From a virus (lineage: Duplodnaviria; Heunggongvirae; Uroviricota; Caudoviricetes): 64,000 nucleotides of DNA. Every line of letters starts with the position of its first letter. The first letter of the stretch is position 1. Below the pieces are notes generated by a model. That model was not told the DNA's origin. It did no database searches and saw only the letters and a program-made list of their open reading frames with translations. The translations under genes were made by a program, and so were the position numbers. Positions 20,355-29,250 of the stretch are shown here, piece after piece. The stretch covers positions 7,041-71,040 of IMG/VR virus record IMGVR_UViG_2713896899_000007; one strand, 5' to 3'.

Positions 20355-21016
20355 GAATGGACCTCATCGTGACTACCATTGTGATATTCCACCTTCACGC
20401 GTTCTTTGTAGTGCTTGGTGATCTGCATATCCGGGCGCAGCGCGTTCTTCAGGTCTTCGTGAGTCGTCGCCACCATTACCGTCGCACCAACCTTTCGAGC
20501 GGCACGCTGGAGGTTAGACGCCACAACCTGAGCGGTTACACGGTCGAGAACAGCGCCGAACTCGTCAGCAGCCCACACTTTAGCGTCTGACTCAATCAGT
20601 TTGGCAATCTTGAGACGATATTTCTGGCCGTCTGACATTTCAGAAGGCTTGCGAACAAACAGATATGCATCGTTCAGACCAGCCATAGATAACAACCCAA
20701 GCGCATCACTGGTCGTTTTGCCCAACTGATCGATGACGTTAACCTCATTATCGAAGGTAAAATCATCGATGGAGGCTACAGACAGCCCTTCATCCTTCAT
20801 CTGTCGTTGCAACTCGCGCAGCACAACGGATTTGCCGGAACCGGATTGGCCGGTGATGTACACCACATCGCCCTGCTTCACTTCCAGCTCCAGATTGTCG
20901 TAAAGCGTCCACTCTTTTTCGTCCAGGCCAAGCCCGAACGACTCAGCGATTTCCAATGTGCGCGTGGTTTTATTTACGCGTGTCTGAAACGATACGTTGA
21001 TGATGTATTTGCTCAT
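20351..21016 (-). CDS. ABC-type ATPase (stand-alone nucleotide-binding domain)
   Basis: Walker A GQSGSGKS, signature MSDGQKYRL, Walker B VWAADEF. Confidence 0.8.
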   Translation of the reverse strand: MSKYIINVSFQTRVNKTTRTLEIAESFGLGLDEKEWTLYDNLELEVKQGDVVYITGQSGSGKSVVLRELQRQMKDEGLSVASIDDFTFDNEVNVIDQLGKTTSDALGLLSMAGLNDAYLFVRKPSEMSDGQKYRLKIAKLIESDAKVWAADEFGAVLDRVTAQVVASNLQRAARKVGATVMVATTHEDLKNALRPDMQITKHYKERVKVEYHNGSHDEVHS

Positions 21017-21681
21017 GCAGCCATCTCCCCGGAAGAGATCTTCTCCGCATATGCCACAAATGCGTCTACCCCGCTTTCTCCCGTCATTTCTTCCATGTGG
21101 GCAAGCAAATCACCAACAACAATGGCAGAGCCAGCAGGGAGCGTTTTAAAGCCCAATACGTCGACAACACGTACTTCTTCCGCTGCAACTTCACGACTGA
21201 TCTCGGTGTGTTCATCCTTCTGTCGTTTAGTTTCTTCGCCAAGATCGATAACTAGCGAGTCGGTGTCCATTTCTTCTGTCATACTGCCAACGAGAACATT
21301 CAACTCACGCTCTTCAAAGCCGAAAACCTCGATATCGTCCAGAACAAGCGACTCAAGCTCTTTCTGTAGCTTAATTGCATCGTAATCAATGCTGGCAAGT
21401 CGGTTATCTTCAAGGCGCTTCGCACGAACCTCGTCATCACTGAGATCATCGCGAACAATAACCGGTACGCGCTCAAGTCCAGCAAAAATTGCAGCCTCAC
21501 GGCGGCCGTGGCCAGTAATAATTACGTCGTTCTTATCGACCGTAATTGGCTGGTCAAATCCGCGCTTTTTAATGGCTGCGGCTAGATCTCGGATCTGCTG
21601 TTCATCATGCTTTTTGGCATTCATCTCATAGGGAATAAGATCTGCCGGGTCGCGATATACGATTTCAAACTTTTTGGTCAT
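21013..21681 (-). CDS. ParB-like nuclease (ParB/Srx) domain protein
   Basis: ITGHGRREAAIFAGLERVPVIV motif. ATG 21681 overlaps the upstream TAA (TAATG). Confidence 0.8.
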   Translation of the reverse strand: MTKKFEIVYRDPADLIPYEMNAKKHDEQQIRDLAAAIKKRGFDQPITVDKNDVIITGHGRREAAIFAGLERVPVIVRDDLSDDEVRAKRLEDNRLASIDYDAIKLQKELESLVLDDIEVFGFEERELNVLVGSMTEEMDTDSLVIDLGEETKRQKDEHTEISREVAAEEVRVVDVLGFKTLPAGSAIVVGDLLAHMEEMTGESGVDAFVAYAEKISSGEMAA

Positions 21682-22361
21682 TACATACGCTCCTTGTAGT
21701 AGTCGACCAGCCACACCAGAGCCTCACCAGCGTTCTCCATTTCATTACCGGTGTTAATAGCCTGCTCTTTGATGATGTTTTTTATGGTTTCTGCAACACG
21801 ATCTGACGCATCGAAAGTTACTTTGAAGCGCATGGTCTGATGTTCCGCACCCACACGTTCGGTTTTCTCCCGTTTGTCGGTATCGACAGGCTCATCACTA
21901 CCACGAGACAACGCCTCCAGTGCTTCAAGGTCGATTGCCGCCTCTTTTGCTAAAACCATCGAGATTTCGTCGTCATACGGGGCGATTTCAGACAGTTGAT
22001 AGTCAAGTTCTGACTGAATTTCTTCAATGAAGCGTTGCAATGCGATTTGGTCGTCTTCACCGTATCGCTCGTTGTCCACCAGTGACATCTGTTTTGCCAC
22101 GACATCGCTAATTTTGCCCACAGAAAGCACCGGAACCGTTGAAATTCCTTGCTCAATAGCAGCACGCCAGCGATGTTCGCCGCCGAGGATTTCAAAAAAT
22201 CCATCTTCAAGTTCACGAGCCAAAATTGGCTTAAAAAAGCCCAATTTTTCGATAGAACCTTTCAGTTTTTCAAAATTCTGCGCACCAACCGAATTGGTGT
22301 TCCAGGTATTCGGGCGAAGGTTGGCAACATCAACCTGCAAAATCGTGATTTTTACATCCAT
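21681..22361 (-). CDS. ParB-like nuclease (ParB/Srx) domain protein
   Basis: ILGGEHRWRAAIEQGISTVPVLSV motif. ATG 22361 is preferred over GTG 22379. Confidence 0.8.
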   Translation of the reverse strand: MDVKITILQVDVANLRPNTWNTNSVGAQNFEKLKGSIEKLGFFKPILARELEDGFFEILGGEHRWRAAIEQGISTVPVLSVGKISDVVAKQMSLVDNERYGEDDQIALQRFIEEIQSELDYQLSEIAPYDDEISMVLAKEAAIDLEALEALSRGSDEPVDTDKREKTERVGAEHQTMRFKVTFDASDRVAETIKNIIKEQAINTGNEMENAGEALVWLVDYYKERM

Positions 22362-22379
22362 TTTATTGCTACAATCCAC

Positions 22380-22397
22380 TAAGTAACTGCTTACTTA
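22380..22397. promoter_or_regulatory. TAAGTA-type palindrome in divergent promoter region
   Basis: TAAGTAActgcTTACTTA is immediately followed by TATAAT (22397-22402), between the parB-like gene and the helicase gene. Confidence 0.6.
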
Positions 22398-22443
22398 TTA
22401 TAATAGCCAAATAACATACAAAAGGCACTAAGGAAAGAGGTTT

Positions 22444-24003
22444 ATGACTGTTCGGATTGTATCTAACGCAGTTAATGCGCTTATTTCTGGCGCAGATGAC
22501 AAGGTAAAGCAACTGGTGCAGCAAATGTTGAGCTACGAAGTCGAGACTGGCGACTGGAAGGGCACAAGCACGATGTTCAACTGGAGTAAAAACTCGTTCC
22601 CTGCTGGCTTTGCCAAGCCTGTAGCGGCGAACTTGAACAAGGCGGGCATCAAATGTGTTCATATCCGCAAAGACAAAGCCCCGGCGCTTGGTAAACCAAA
22701 TCCGGCGGTTAACCCATTCCCATACAATCCTGATTATGCGTATCAGGATCAGACTGTGGAAACACTGGTTCGAGAGGGAATGATGATTGCGCAGATCGCT
22801 ACTGGTGGCGGGAAATCTAACGTTGCCTGCAAAGCAGCTGCACGTATCGGTCGAATGACATTATTTTTAACAACCCGCTCTGTTCTGATGTTTCAAATGG
22901 CCGAAAACTTCCAGAGATCCATCGACTACCGCGCCGAAAATGGCGAACCGTGGTTAAAAGACCAAAAGGTTGGAGTCATTGGCTCGGGTGAGTTCCAGGT
23001 ATCACGACATATCAACGTCGCTACAGTTCAAACTCTTGCAAGTTTCCTCGAAGAACCACCACGCGATGCAACACCAGATAAGAAAAGCTACCACCTCAAA
23101 CGTCGGGAGTTGGTGAAACGCTTCCTTTCAAGTGTCTCTCTTCTTATTCTGGAAGAGGCGCATGAGTCTTCAGGCTCAAATTTCTATGACATCGCCAGAT
23201 TATGTGTGAACGCAGACTATCGTCTGGCGCTTACAGCCACGCCGTTCATGAAGGATTCGACGGAAGCCAACATGCGCCTGATGGCGGTGGCCGGGCGAAT
23301 TGAAATTAAAGTCACAGAAAAGTACCTGATTGATCGAGGCATTCTGGCAAAGCCGTACTTCCTTTATCATAAAGTTGCCTACAAACCAGACGAGGCCAGA
23401 ATCAAGGCAGAACTTGCCAACAAACACCTCAATTTTAGAGTAGGTATGAGTACTGCCTACCAAAAGGCTTATCAGTTGGGGATCGTGTATAATTTGGGAC
23501 GTAACGAGGCCATTGTTCGCGAAGCATTGCTCTATAAGCAACATTCTCTCAATTGTATGACTCTGGTTCGCCTTAAACGCCACGGGCAAATCCTGATGGA
23601 AATGATGAAAGAGTCCGGCCTTAGAGTTGACTTCATCTATGGGGAATCTAACCAGGCGACAAGGCAAGCAAAGCTGAACAGTTTAGCGTCTGGAGAAATA
23701 GATGTTTTAATAGGCTCGACTATTCTGGATGTCGGTGTTGATGTGCCAAGCGTTGGTGCGGTCATTCTTGCTGGTGGTGGGAAAGCAGAAGTTGAAATGA
23801 GGCAGCGTGTCGGTCGTGGCTTACGAGCCAAGAAGAATCAGGCAAACGTGTGTTTTATCACTGATTTCATTGACACTAGCAACAAATACCTGTTGTCTCA
23901 CTCTTATGAGCGAAAACACATCATCGACACCACACCTGGCTTTGCAGAAGGTGTATTGCCTATTGATGGCGCATTCGATTTTGGAGTTCTGAAACGAGAT
24001 TAG
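22444..24003 (+). CDS. SF2 DEAD/DEAH-box helicase
   Basis: Motif I ATGGGKS, motif II LILEEAHE, motif III LTATP, motif VI QRVGRGLR. AAGGAAAGAGG RBS. Confidence 0.85.
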   Translation: MTVRIVSNAVNALISGADDKVKQLVQQMLSYEVETGDWKGTSTMFNWSKNSFPAGFAKPVAANLNKAGIKCVHIRKDKAPALGKPNPAVNPFPYNPDYAYQDQTVETLVREGMMIAQIATGGGKSNVACKAAARIGRMTLFLTTRSVLMFQMAENFQRSIDYRAENGEPWLKDQKVGVIGSGEFQVSRHINVATVQTLASFLEEPPRDATPDKKSYHLKRRELVKRFLSSVSLLILEEAHESSGSNFYDIARLCVNADYRLALTATPFMKDSTEANMRLMAVAGRIEIKVTEKYLIDRGILAKPYFLYHKVAYKPDEARIKAELANKHLNFRVGMSTAYQKAYQLGIVYNLGRNEAIVREALLYKQHSLNCMTLVRLKRHGQILMEMMKESGLRVDFIYGESNQATRQAKLNSLASGEIDVLIGSTILDVGVDVPSVGAVILAGGGKAEVEMRQRVGRGLRAKKNQANVCFITDFIDTSNKYLLSHSYERKHIIDTTPGFAEGVLPIDGAFDFGVLKRD

Positions 24004-24005
24004 TT

Positions 24006-24284
24006 ATGAGCGAAAAGAAAACAACTTATTGCCAAGTGGCATTGTCTGATAAGGCCAATGAAAAACTTGGAAAATTTCAAATAAAACTCAAAGAGAAAAA
24101 AATCAAGATGTCTAAGGCTGAAGTTATCAATGCCATTCTGGAGACGATGACTATGGCTGAATTTGACAAAGTCACATCTGCCGTTGGGGTTTCCGCTAAG
24201 ACGCGTGAGAAAATCATGCGCATCTATGAAAACTCCAATATGACAAAAAAAGATCTAGAGGAAATACTGAGCAGGTTGCCGTAA
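24006..24284 (+). CDS. small hypothetical protein (possible ribbon-helix-helix)
   Basis: 92 aa. Starts 2 nt after the helicase stop. KMSKAEVINAILE resembles an RHH helix. AT-rich. Confidence 0.4.
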   Translation: MSEKKTTYCQVALSDKANEKLGKFQIKLKEKKIKMSKAEVINAILETMTMAEFDKVTSAVGVSAKTREKIMRIYENSNMTKKDLEEILSRLP

Positions 24285-24349
24285 CATTTCATATTTACCC
24301 CCTATCAACTAATTCTATGATGTGCTCACTTGTTAGAAAGGAGCACATC

Positions 24350-24916
24350 ATGAGTTGGTTAAAAGAATTATCATTTGTTGACACCACTGGCGCTAAGAAA
24401 AATCATTCTTTCTGGAAAGTCAGCGATCCTTCTGATTTTCTTGTTGGTGCTAATGCTGCTTTTGAATTGCTTAACTTTTATCAACGTTATCCTGAAATGA
24501 AACACAGTCCACTCCTGTACAGAATAACAAACGATATGAATAGGTCTGGTTTATTATCAAGTGAGTCAGCGAAAGGCTTTTTTAGCAAAATTACGCCACA
24601 CATATCATTCGATGCAGCAAACGAAATTGATTGTCTATCCACGAAACCTCAAGAACAATTATCTGTACCACCTGAGAAAAAACAAAGACGAATTGCCAGC
24701 ATTGAAAATATATCGAAAGAGCTTCGCACAACAACGTTGAGGCTGCTGAACTTTCTTACGCTACTTAATTGGATAGATGATCAAACATTGATTCCATCAA
24801 CCGATGCGTTGGATAACAGAGTACTTAGGCTGAACAAAAAATCGCAATTTGGTTTTGTGTTCACCAAAAAAGGTGAAGATTTAATCAAAAGAAAATATAG
24901 ATTATTGAATGATTAA
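24350..24916 (+). CDS. hypothetical protein
   Basis: ATG 24350 has an AGGAG RBS. Followed by hairpin acatgcaggtg...cacctgcatgt. No recognisable domain. Confidence 0.55.
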   Translation: MSWLKELSFVDTTGAKKNHSFWKVSDPSDFLVGANAAFELLNFYQRYPEMKHSPLLYRITNDMNRSGLLSSESAKGFFSKITPHISFDAANEIDCLSTKPQEQLSVPPEKKQRRIASIENISKELRTTTLRLLNFLTLLNWIDDQTLIPSTDALDNRVLRLNKKSQFGFVFTKKGEDLIKRKYRLLND

Positions 24917-25061
24917 TAGTCTACATGCAGGTGTATGAGAGCACCTGCATGTGATATTCATCACATTTTTTGAAGTACACACCTCCGGCTGAAAAAATTT
25001 CTTGATTGGCAGAACGATATTTGTAGGCTTTTCAATTGATAACTAAGGTCGGATACTGTAG

Positions 25062-25550
25062 ATGAGTATTTCCATAAACAAAATAATTAACTCTTTACGA
25101 CATAAAATATCACATGGAAAAGATGTTCTTTTTAAAGACAAATATTATCTATTCAACCTAGAGTTGTACAAATGCACAAAATTTTATATCACTCGGAACC
25201 GTAAATATTCAGCTTCAATCACAAAAGACATGAAGAAAATCTCTTCAGAAGAGTACTTCATATCACATATTTATATCTACCCATTTAAATTAGAACCATT
25301 AAATATAATTCTTCCAACAATAAAAGGGGTTGAACTTGAAGGTTATACTTTAAGCTCTAACTTTAATGATATGGGTGTACAAAAACCAGGGACAAGGTCA
25401 TACTACGCCTACAAAGTAAAATGCAATAACTACAACGCACTTAACATGCTAATCAGCAAACTTGAAACGGAGATAGTCGAAGGAAATCTAAATGATGATC
25501 ATGAAAAATTAGAACAAATAGAAAAACTTAGAAAGTGTGATGTTAAATAA
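25062..25550 (+). CDS. hypothetical protein (Lys/Asn/Ile/Tyr-rich)
   Basis: 162 aa ORF, first gene of a 3-gene AT-rich operon. Confidence 0.5.
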   Translation: MSISINKIINSLRHKISHGKDVLFKDKYYLFNLELYKCTKFYITRNRKYSASITKDMKKISSEEYFISHIYIYPFKLEPLNIILPTIKGVELEGYTLSSNFNDMGVQKPGTRSYYAYKVKCNNYNALNMLISKLETEIVEGNLNDDHEKLEQIEKLRKCDVK

Positions 25551-25565
25551 TTGGATTATCATGAT

Positions 25566-26165
25566 ATGAAAATGAAAATTTCGTTACTCCTTGCTTGTAT
25601 ATGCCTCCCGGCGTTTTCCGCCAACGCATTATCAGATTTCGTCTCTGACATGCAAAAAACGTACAGCATGTTTACCTCCGAAGACGTAGTAGAATACAAA
25701 TCACGAGGTCTGAATCAGCCAGTTTGGTTCAGATTCTCAGACAACGCAGAAGAAACAATACTTAATGGAGGAAAAGAAAGATTACGGTTGCAAATTAACG
25801 GGACCGCTGTACCAGAAAACGTTAATGTAAACTCTGACGAAGCCATGAAGCCATCTGGAATTGTTTTAGAAGTTCAAGACGGCACACTTTACTGTGATGA
25901 AATGGCTACAACAGGTTGCCAAGTAAACATTAGGGTTGGCAATGAAGAGCCTATCGTTACTTACGCCAAGGCTGAAGGGAATACAAGTGGAAAGGTATTG
26001 TTTATCGATGAAAATATCTCAAAACGTATCGTTCGTGACATACAGAAAACAGCTAACTCTAAATCCGTCGATAAAAAAATCTATGTTGAGGTTCCCTTCT
26101 TTGTCGTTGGTAACAAAGAATTTAAATTTGGGTTGCTGAAAACACCTCTAAGAGTATCAGAATGA
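25566..26165 (+). CDS. secreted/periplasmic hypothetical protein
   Basis: The N-terminus MKMKISLLLACICLPAFSANA looks like a Sec signal peptide. ATG 25566 is preferred over TTG 25551. Confidence 0.6.
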   Translation: MKMKISLLLACICLPAFSANALSDFVSDMQKTYSMFTSEDVVEYKSRGLNQPVWFRFSDNAEETILNGGKERLRLQINGTAVPENVNVNSDEAMKPSGIVLEVQDGTLYCDEMATTGCQVNIRVGNEEPIVTYAKAEGNTSGKVLFIDENISKRIVRDIQKTANSKSVDKKIYVEVPFFVVGNKEFKFGLLKTPLRVSE

Positions 26166-26686
26166 GAACATTGGACATCACCTACGGCATACCGGCTGAA
26201 GTCTGGCCGCGAGACTACGAACATGCTGAAAACATACTTATGTTCTGGCGGAAGAACAACATTCCTGTAAGAGTCACGCTTGAAGACGGTCAGGTGTTTT
26301 GCATGTACGTTCAGGGGACAATGCCTTCCCGCAATAAGCTAGATTTATGCCCGCTTCCATATGATAAAGAAAATCGTATAAGACTCCCACTTGAGCGCAT
26401 TAGCACAATTGAATCAGGTGTAATCGATGGCATTGCTCGCGAGTTCAAAGGTAGGCTAACAATACATCCAGACTATGTTGACAATCAGCCATCACGCCGT
26501 GACTTTTTTGCGATATGTCGCAAGGCTTATCAAAACGACCAATCTATAAGGGTCTACATGGCAGACGGTCGTGAAATTGAAGGGGTGTCAAGAGGCGTTG
26601 ATGCTTGCCAGGTCACTCTTAAGTTAGAAGACGGCAGAAAAATACTTGTTTTCTTCGATTGGGTTGAACGAATCCTTCCATTTTAA
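26162..26686 (+). CDS. hypothetical protein with two Sm/LSm-like repeats (pattern level only)
   Basis: ATGA overlap with the upstream gene. VRVTLEDGQVF..YVQG and IRVYMADGREIEGVSRGVDACQVTLKLEDGRKILVFFDWVERI fit the Sm-fold pattern V.V.L.dG..i.G...g.D...l.L. Confidence 0.5.
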   Translation: MRTLDITYGIPAEVWPRDYEHAENILMFWRKNNIPVRVTLEDGQVFCMYVQGTMPSRNKLDLCPLPYDKENRIRLPLERISTIESGVIDGIAREFKGRLTIHPDYVDNQPSRRDFFAICRKAYQNDQSIRVYMADGREIEGVSRGVDACQVTLKLEDGRKILVFFDWVERILPF

Positions 26687-26697
26687 ATCTATAAGGG

Positions 26698-26728
26698 TAA
26701 TAACCGGCTAAGCCCGGTTATTATTTTA
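26698..26728 (+). terminator. rho-independent terminator
   Basis: gtaataaccgg / ccggttattat stem followed by a T-run. Confidence 0.75.
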
Positions 26729-26878
26729 CATGCCATTCATTTAAAACTCTTTCAATGCCACTCTGTATAAATATATAAGGTTAAAGGCCCGAATTGATTA
26801 TTTATTTAGGGAACACCTTCGACGATCTCGCTTTTATTTCTAGGACTTTCACCCCTGCAAAAAATTTAAAAAAAACAC

Positions 26879-26906
26879 TTGCAATCTTTTTTCACGTATC
26901 GATAAT
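26879..26906 (+). promoter_or_regulatory. sigma70-type promoter (TTGCAA-16 nt-GATAAT)
   Basis: Read directly from the sequence. About 70 nt upstream of the 26982 start, in an AT-rich gap. Confidence 0.55.
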
Positions 26907-26981
26907 TGAACTCGTCGAAAGCGAGCTGGCTAACGACAGTAAAAAATAAATTCATTTTAATTTTTCGTAAGGATGTCCATC

Positions 26982-27632
26982 ATGGCTAACATTATCATTT
27001 CTAAAAAATCCATCATTGAAGCTGCTTCCATTGTATCCGATGAACTGCGCGAAAAAGCAGATCTGGCAACTCAAACATATAACGAACATTATAAAAATGG
27101 TACGCACACTAAAGCAGACAAAGCAAATATGCAAGCTGCGACCACTAAACTTGCTTACTTCATCAACAACGTCGTAAACGCAGTAGAAGACGAAAAATTA
27201 TGCTCTGTTTTCTACTATGCGATTAAAGCAAGCAAACAAGCGCCAGAAGTATTTTTCCGTGATGCTATGACTAATAGTTATTCACTGGAAAAACTGGTTT
27301 ATCTGGTTAAATCCATTAAAGCTGGTAAATGCGTTTATTCCGTCGCTGATATGTCAGGATCTCGTGTATTCGCTTTAATCGATATGATTAACGACGAGAT
27401 CGACACGTTCACCAATGGCGCTGTTTTCGATTTAATGAATGAAGCTAAAAAAGCGTGCGAAATTAAATTGGACGCTGGCTATACTCAAGCCAACCAGTTG
27501 ATCAATCTTTGCGAACGTCTCGGACTTGTTGAAAAAGTCAAAGGAGCTGGGAGCGCCAAAGCTGGTACGCAGCAATATCGCTTCATTAAAAATGATTTCT
27601 ACAATTATTTAGCTGATGCTTTTAAAGCGTAA
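26982..27632 (+). CDS. hypothetical protein (possible C-terminal winged helix)
   Basis: ATG 26982 lies 8 nt after AAGGA. 216 aa. YTQANQLINLCERLGLVEKVKG is HTH-like. Confidence 0.55.
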   Translation: MANIIISKKSIIEAASIVSDELREKADLATQTYNEHYKNGTHTKADKANMQAATTKLAYFINNVVNAVEDEKLCSVFYYAIKASKQAPEVFFRDAMTNSYSLEKLVYLVKSIKAGKCVYSVADMSGSRVFALIDMINDEIDTFTNGAVFDLMNEAKKACEIKLDAGYTQANQLINLCERLGLVEKVKGAGSAKAGTQQYRFIKNDFYNYLADAFKA

Positions 27633-27681
27633 TTAATGAAATCAAGCGCCCACTATGGGCGCTTTAAAGGAGCTTTCAAAA

Positions 27682-27885
27682 ATGGTCAGCTATGACAAGA
27701 TCCGCGCGGAATATCGCGCAAAGTATCGCGCTTATAAACTGGAATTAATCGACGATTTGATCGCGCAACGCGACCAATTAAATTTTACGTTTTCTGATTT
27801 GCTTAACAGTAAACGAGATTGTAAGCGTAAGCGTGAATATTTACGTTTAAGCGCATTAATCGGAAAACTTCAAAATTCTATTTAA
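27682..27885 (+). CDS. small basic coiled-coil hypothetical protein
   Basis: ATG 27682 follows an AAGGAG RBS. The track start at 27655 lies inside a hairpin. Confidence 0.45.
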   Translation: MVSYDKIRAEYRAKYRAYKLELIDDLIAQRDQLNFTFSDLLNSKRDCKRKREYLRLSALIGKLQNSI

Positions 27886-27905
27886 TTTTTTTAAGGAGCT
27901 TAATC

Positions 27906-28133
27906 ATGGTTATTTTCATCTCTGGCGTAAATATCAATAATCATACTCTTGTTTATGATATTGCTGGTTTAGCTGGATATGCTCTAAGTTCTGAAGTGGT
28001 TGATGAAACAACGTTTAAAATAAACATCAATGACGTAGAACATAGAGCGCGCGTAGGAATCAATGAAGCTGATGTTACTTTAATGCTTCAAGAATTTTTA
28101 AACGCTGGCTTTAATATTCACTTAGAAAAATAA
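27906..28133 (+). CDS. small hypothetical protein
   Basis: 75 aa, AAGGAG RBS, followed by a strong terminator. Confidence 0.5.
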   Translation: MVIFISGVNINNHTLVYDIAGLAGYALSSEVVDETTFKININDVEHRARVGINEADVTLMLQEFLNAGFNIHLEK

Positions 28134-28140
28134 AAACAAT

Positions 28141-28165
28141 AGCGCCCACTATGGGCGCTTTTTTC
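28141..28165 (+). terminator. rho-independent terminator (agcgcccactatgggcgct + T6)
   Basis: Perfect hairpin plus a T-run. The identical 21-mer also occurs at 27643-27663. Confidence 0.8.
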
Positions 28166-28625
28166 GTTTACAATACACCCACCATAACGCGCCAATAATG
28201 GCGCTTTTTTATTGTCTTTAACTCACTCCAACAACATAAAAATAAGCGCCAAAATAACGCCATAGACGCGCTTTTATATCCTTGTCAGTACATACCCATT
28301 ACTTAACACATTAACGCGCTTAAAATGCGTTATATTGCGCTATAACGTATGGCTAATCATTAATTTTTATTCTTGCTATGTGATCCGCGTTTAATTGTCG
28401 GCGCGGATCGGCATTTTGTTTTGTTCCGTATCCGCTCGCGTATTATGTGCGCGTGATTTTTCACATAATCACACCACTTAATCACGTATGTGATTATGCT
28501 ACGAAAGAAATCTGGATGTCTCAGGCGACGAAAGTCATCATAATTTTCCCCGCTCACCTGTCCGACAACCGCTGGTTGGATTCCACCAGCTTCCCGATGT
28601 TTTTTCTACATAAAGGCGAATGCAG

Positions 28626-28738
28626 CCGTTTCCCGAAAAAATCCTGGCCGTTTCCCGTCGGCTCATGAATGCGTTCCTTGCCGTTTCTGAAAATTTCCCT
28701 GCGGCAGCTGGTGGCTATAGAGAAAGGGCCGTTTCTGG
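28626..28738 (+). repeat. iteron cluster A (CCGTTTCCCGAAAA-type)
   Basis: Copies at 28626, 28648 (22 bp apart) and 28681. A further copy at 28729 lies inside a hairpin. Confidence 0.6.
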
Positions 28739-28750
28739 CCCTCTTCTCAG

Positions 28751-29233
28751 TTACACGCCATCAAGGATGTGGATGCGGTTGCTTGCGTATACATTCAGCA
28801 TAAAGTTAGCGCAAAACAGTTTCCATGTATCAACGCCAGCGGTATACGTAATGTTTTTGCATTTAATTGCATTGTTGGCGATCTGCGTAGCCAGTGATAT
28901 GGCTTCATGGTCAGTAAAGCCGTATGACGTTTGGGTCTTCATCCAGACAGAAATCTGCGTAGCGAACTCAATCAGCTTGGACTGGCAGAATCGCCCGGAG
29001 CGCACCGGAAAGACGAACGTTCCGAATCCAGAATTTACCACATACGCTTTCTCAAATACCCGAGAGTAACGACGATTGCCAATGATGTCGCGTGCAATAA
29101 TGCATTTTTCTTGTTCTGACAGTTCTACCGTCTCATTGTGACGCCAGGCACCAAGTACTCGTTTTTCAATGTCAGAGAACGTTACAGCGATATTGCCATG
29201 TGCGGGTGCGTTTACAGTAGCGATAAAATTCAT
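28751..29233 (-). CDS. hypothetical protein
   Basis: 160 aa. Has its own conserved promoter (29251-29287) and a hairpin terminator (28726-28743). Confidence 0.6.
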   Translation of the reverse strand: MNFIATVNAPAHGNIAVTFSDIEKRVLGAWRHNETVELSEQEKCIIARDIIGNRRYSRVFEKAYVVNSGFGTFVFPVRSGRFCQSKLIEFATQISVWMKTQTSYGFTDHEAISLATQIANNAIKCKNITYTAGVDTWKLFCANFMLNVYASNRIHILDGV

Positions 29234-29250
29234 GATTAATTCCTTATCGT

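Noticed and set aside
28360-28557. 65-aa basic minus-strand ORF.
   Set aside because: It has a GTG start and no RBS. It lies in the convergent terminator/inverted-repeat zone with no upstream promoter.
28620-29069. Plus-strand ORFs reading through the iterons (28620..29069 and 31887..32111).
   Set aside because: Their apparent repeats (PFPEK, FPEN, PFPEG) are just translated iterons. One of them overlaps a well-supported minus-strand gene.
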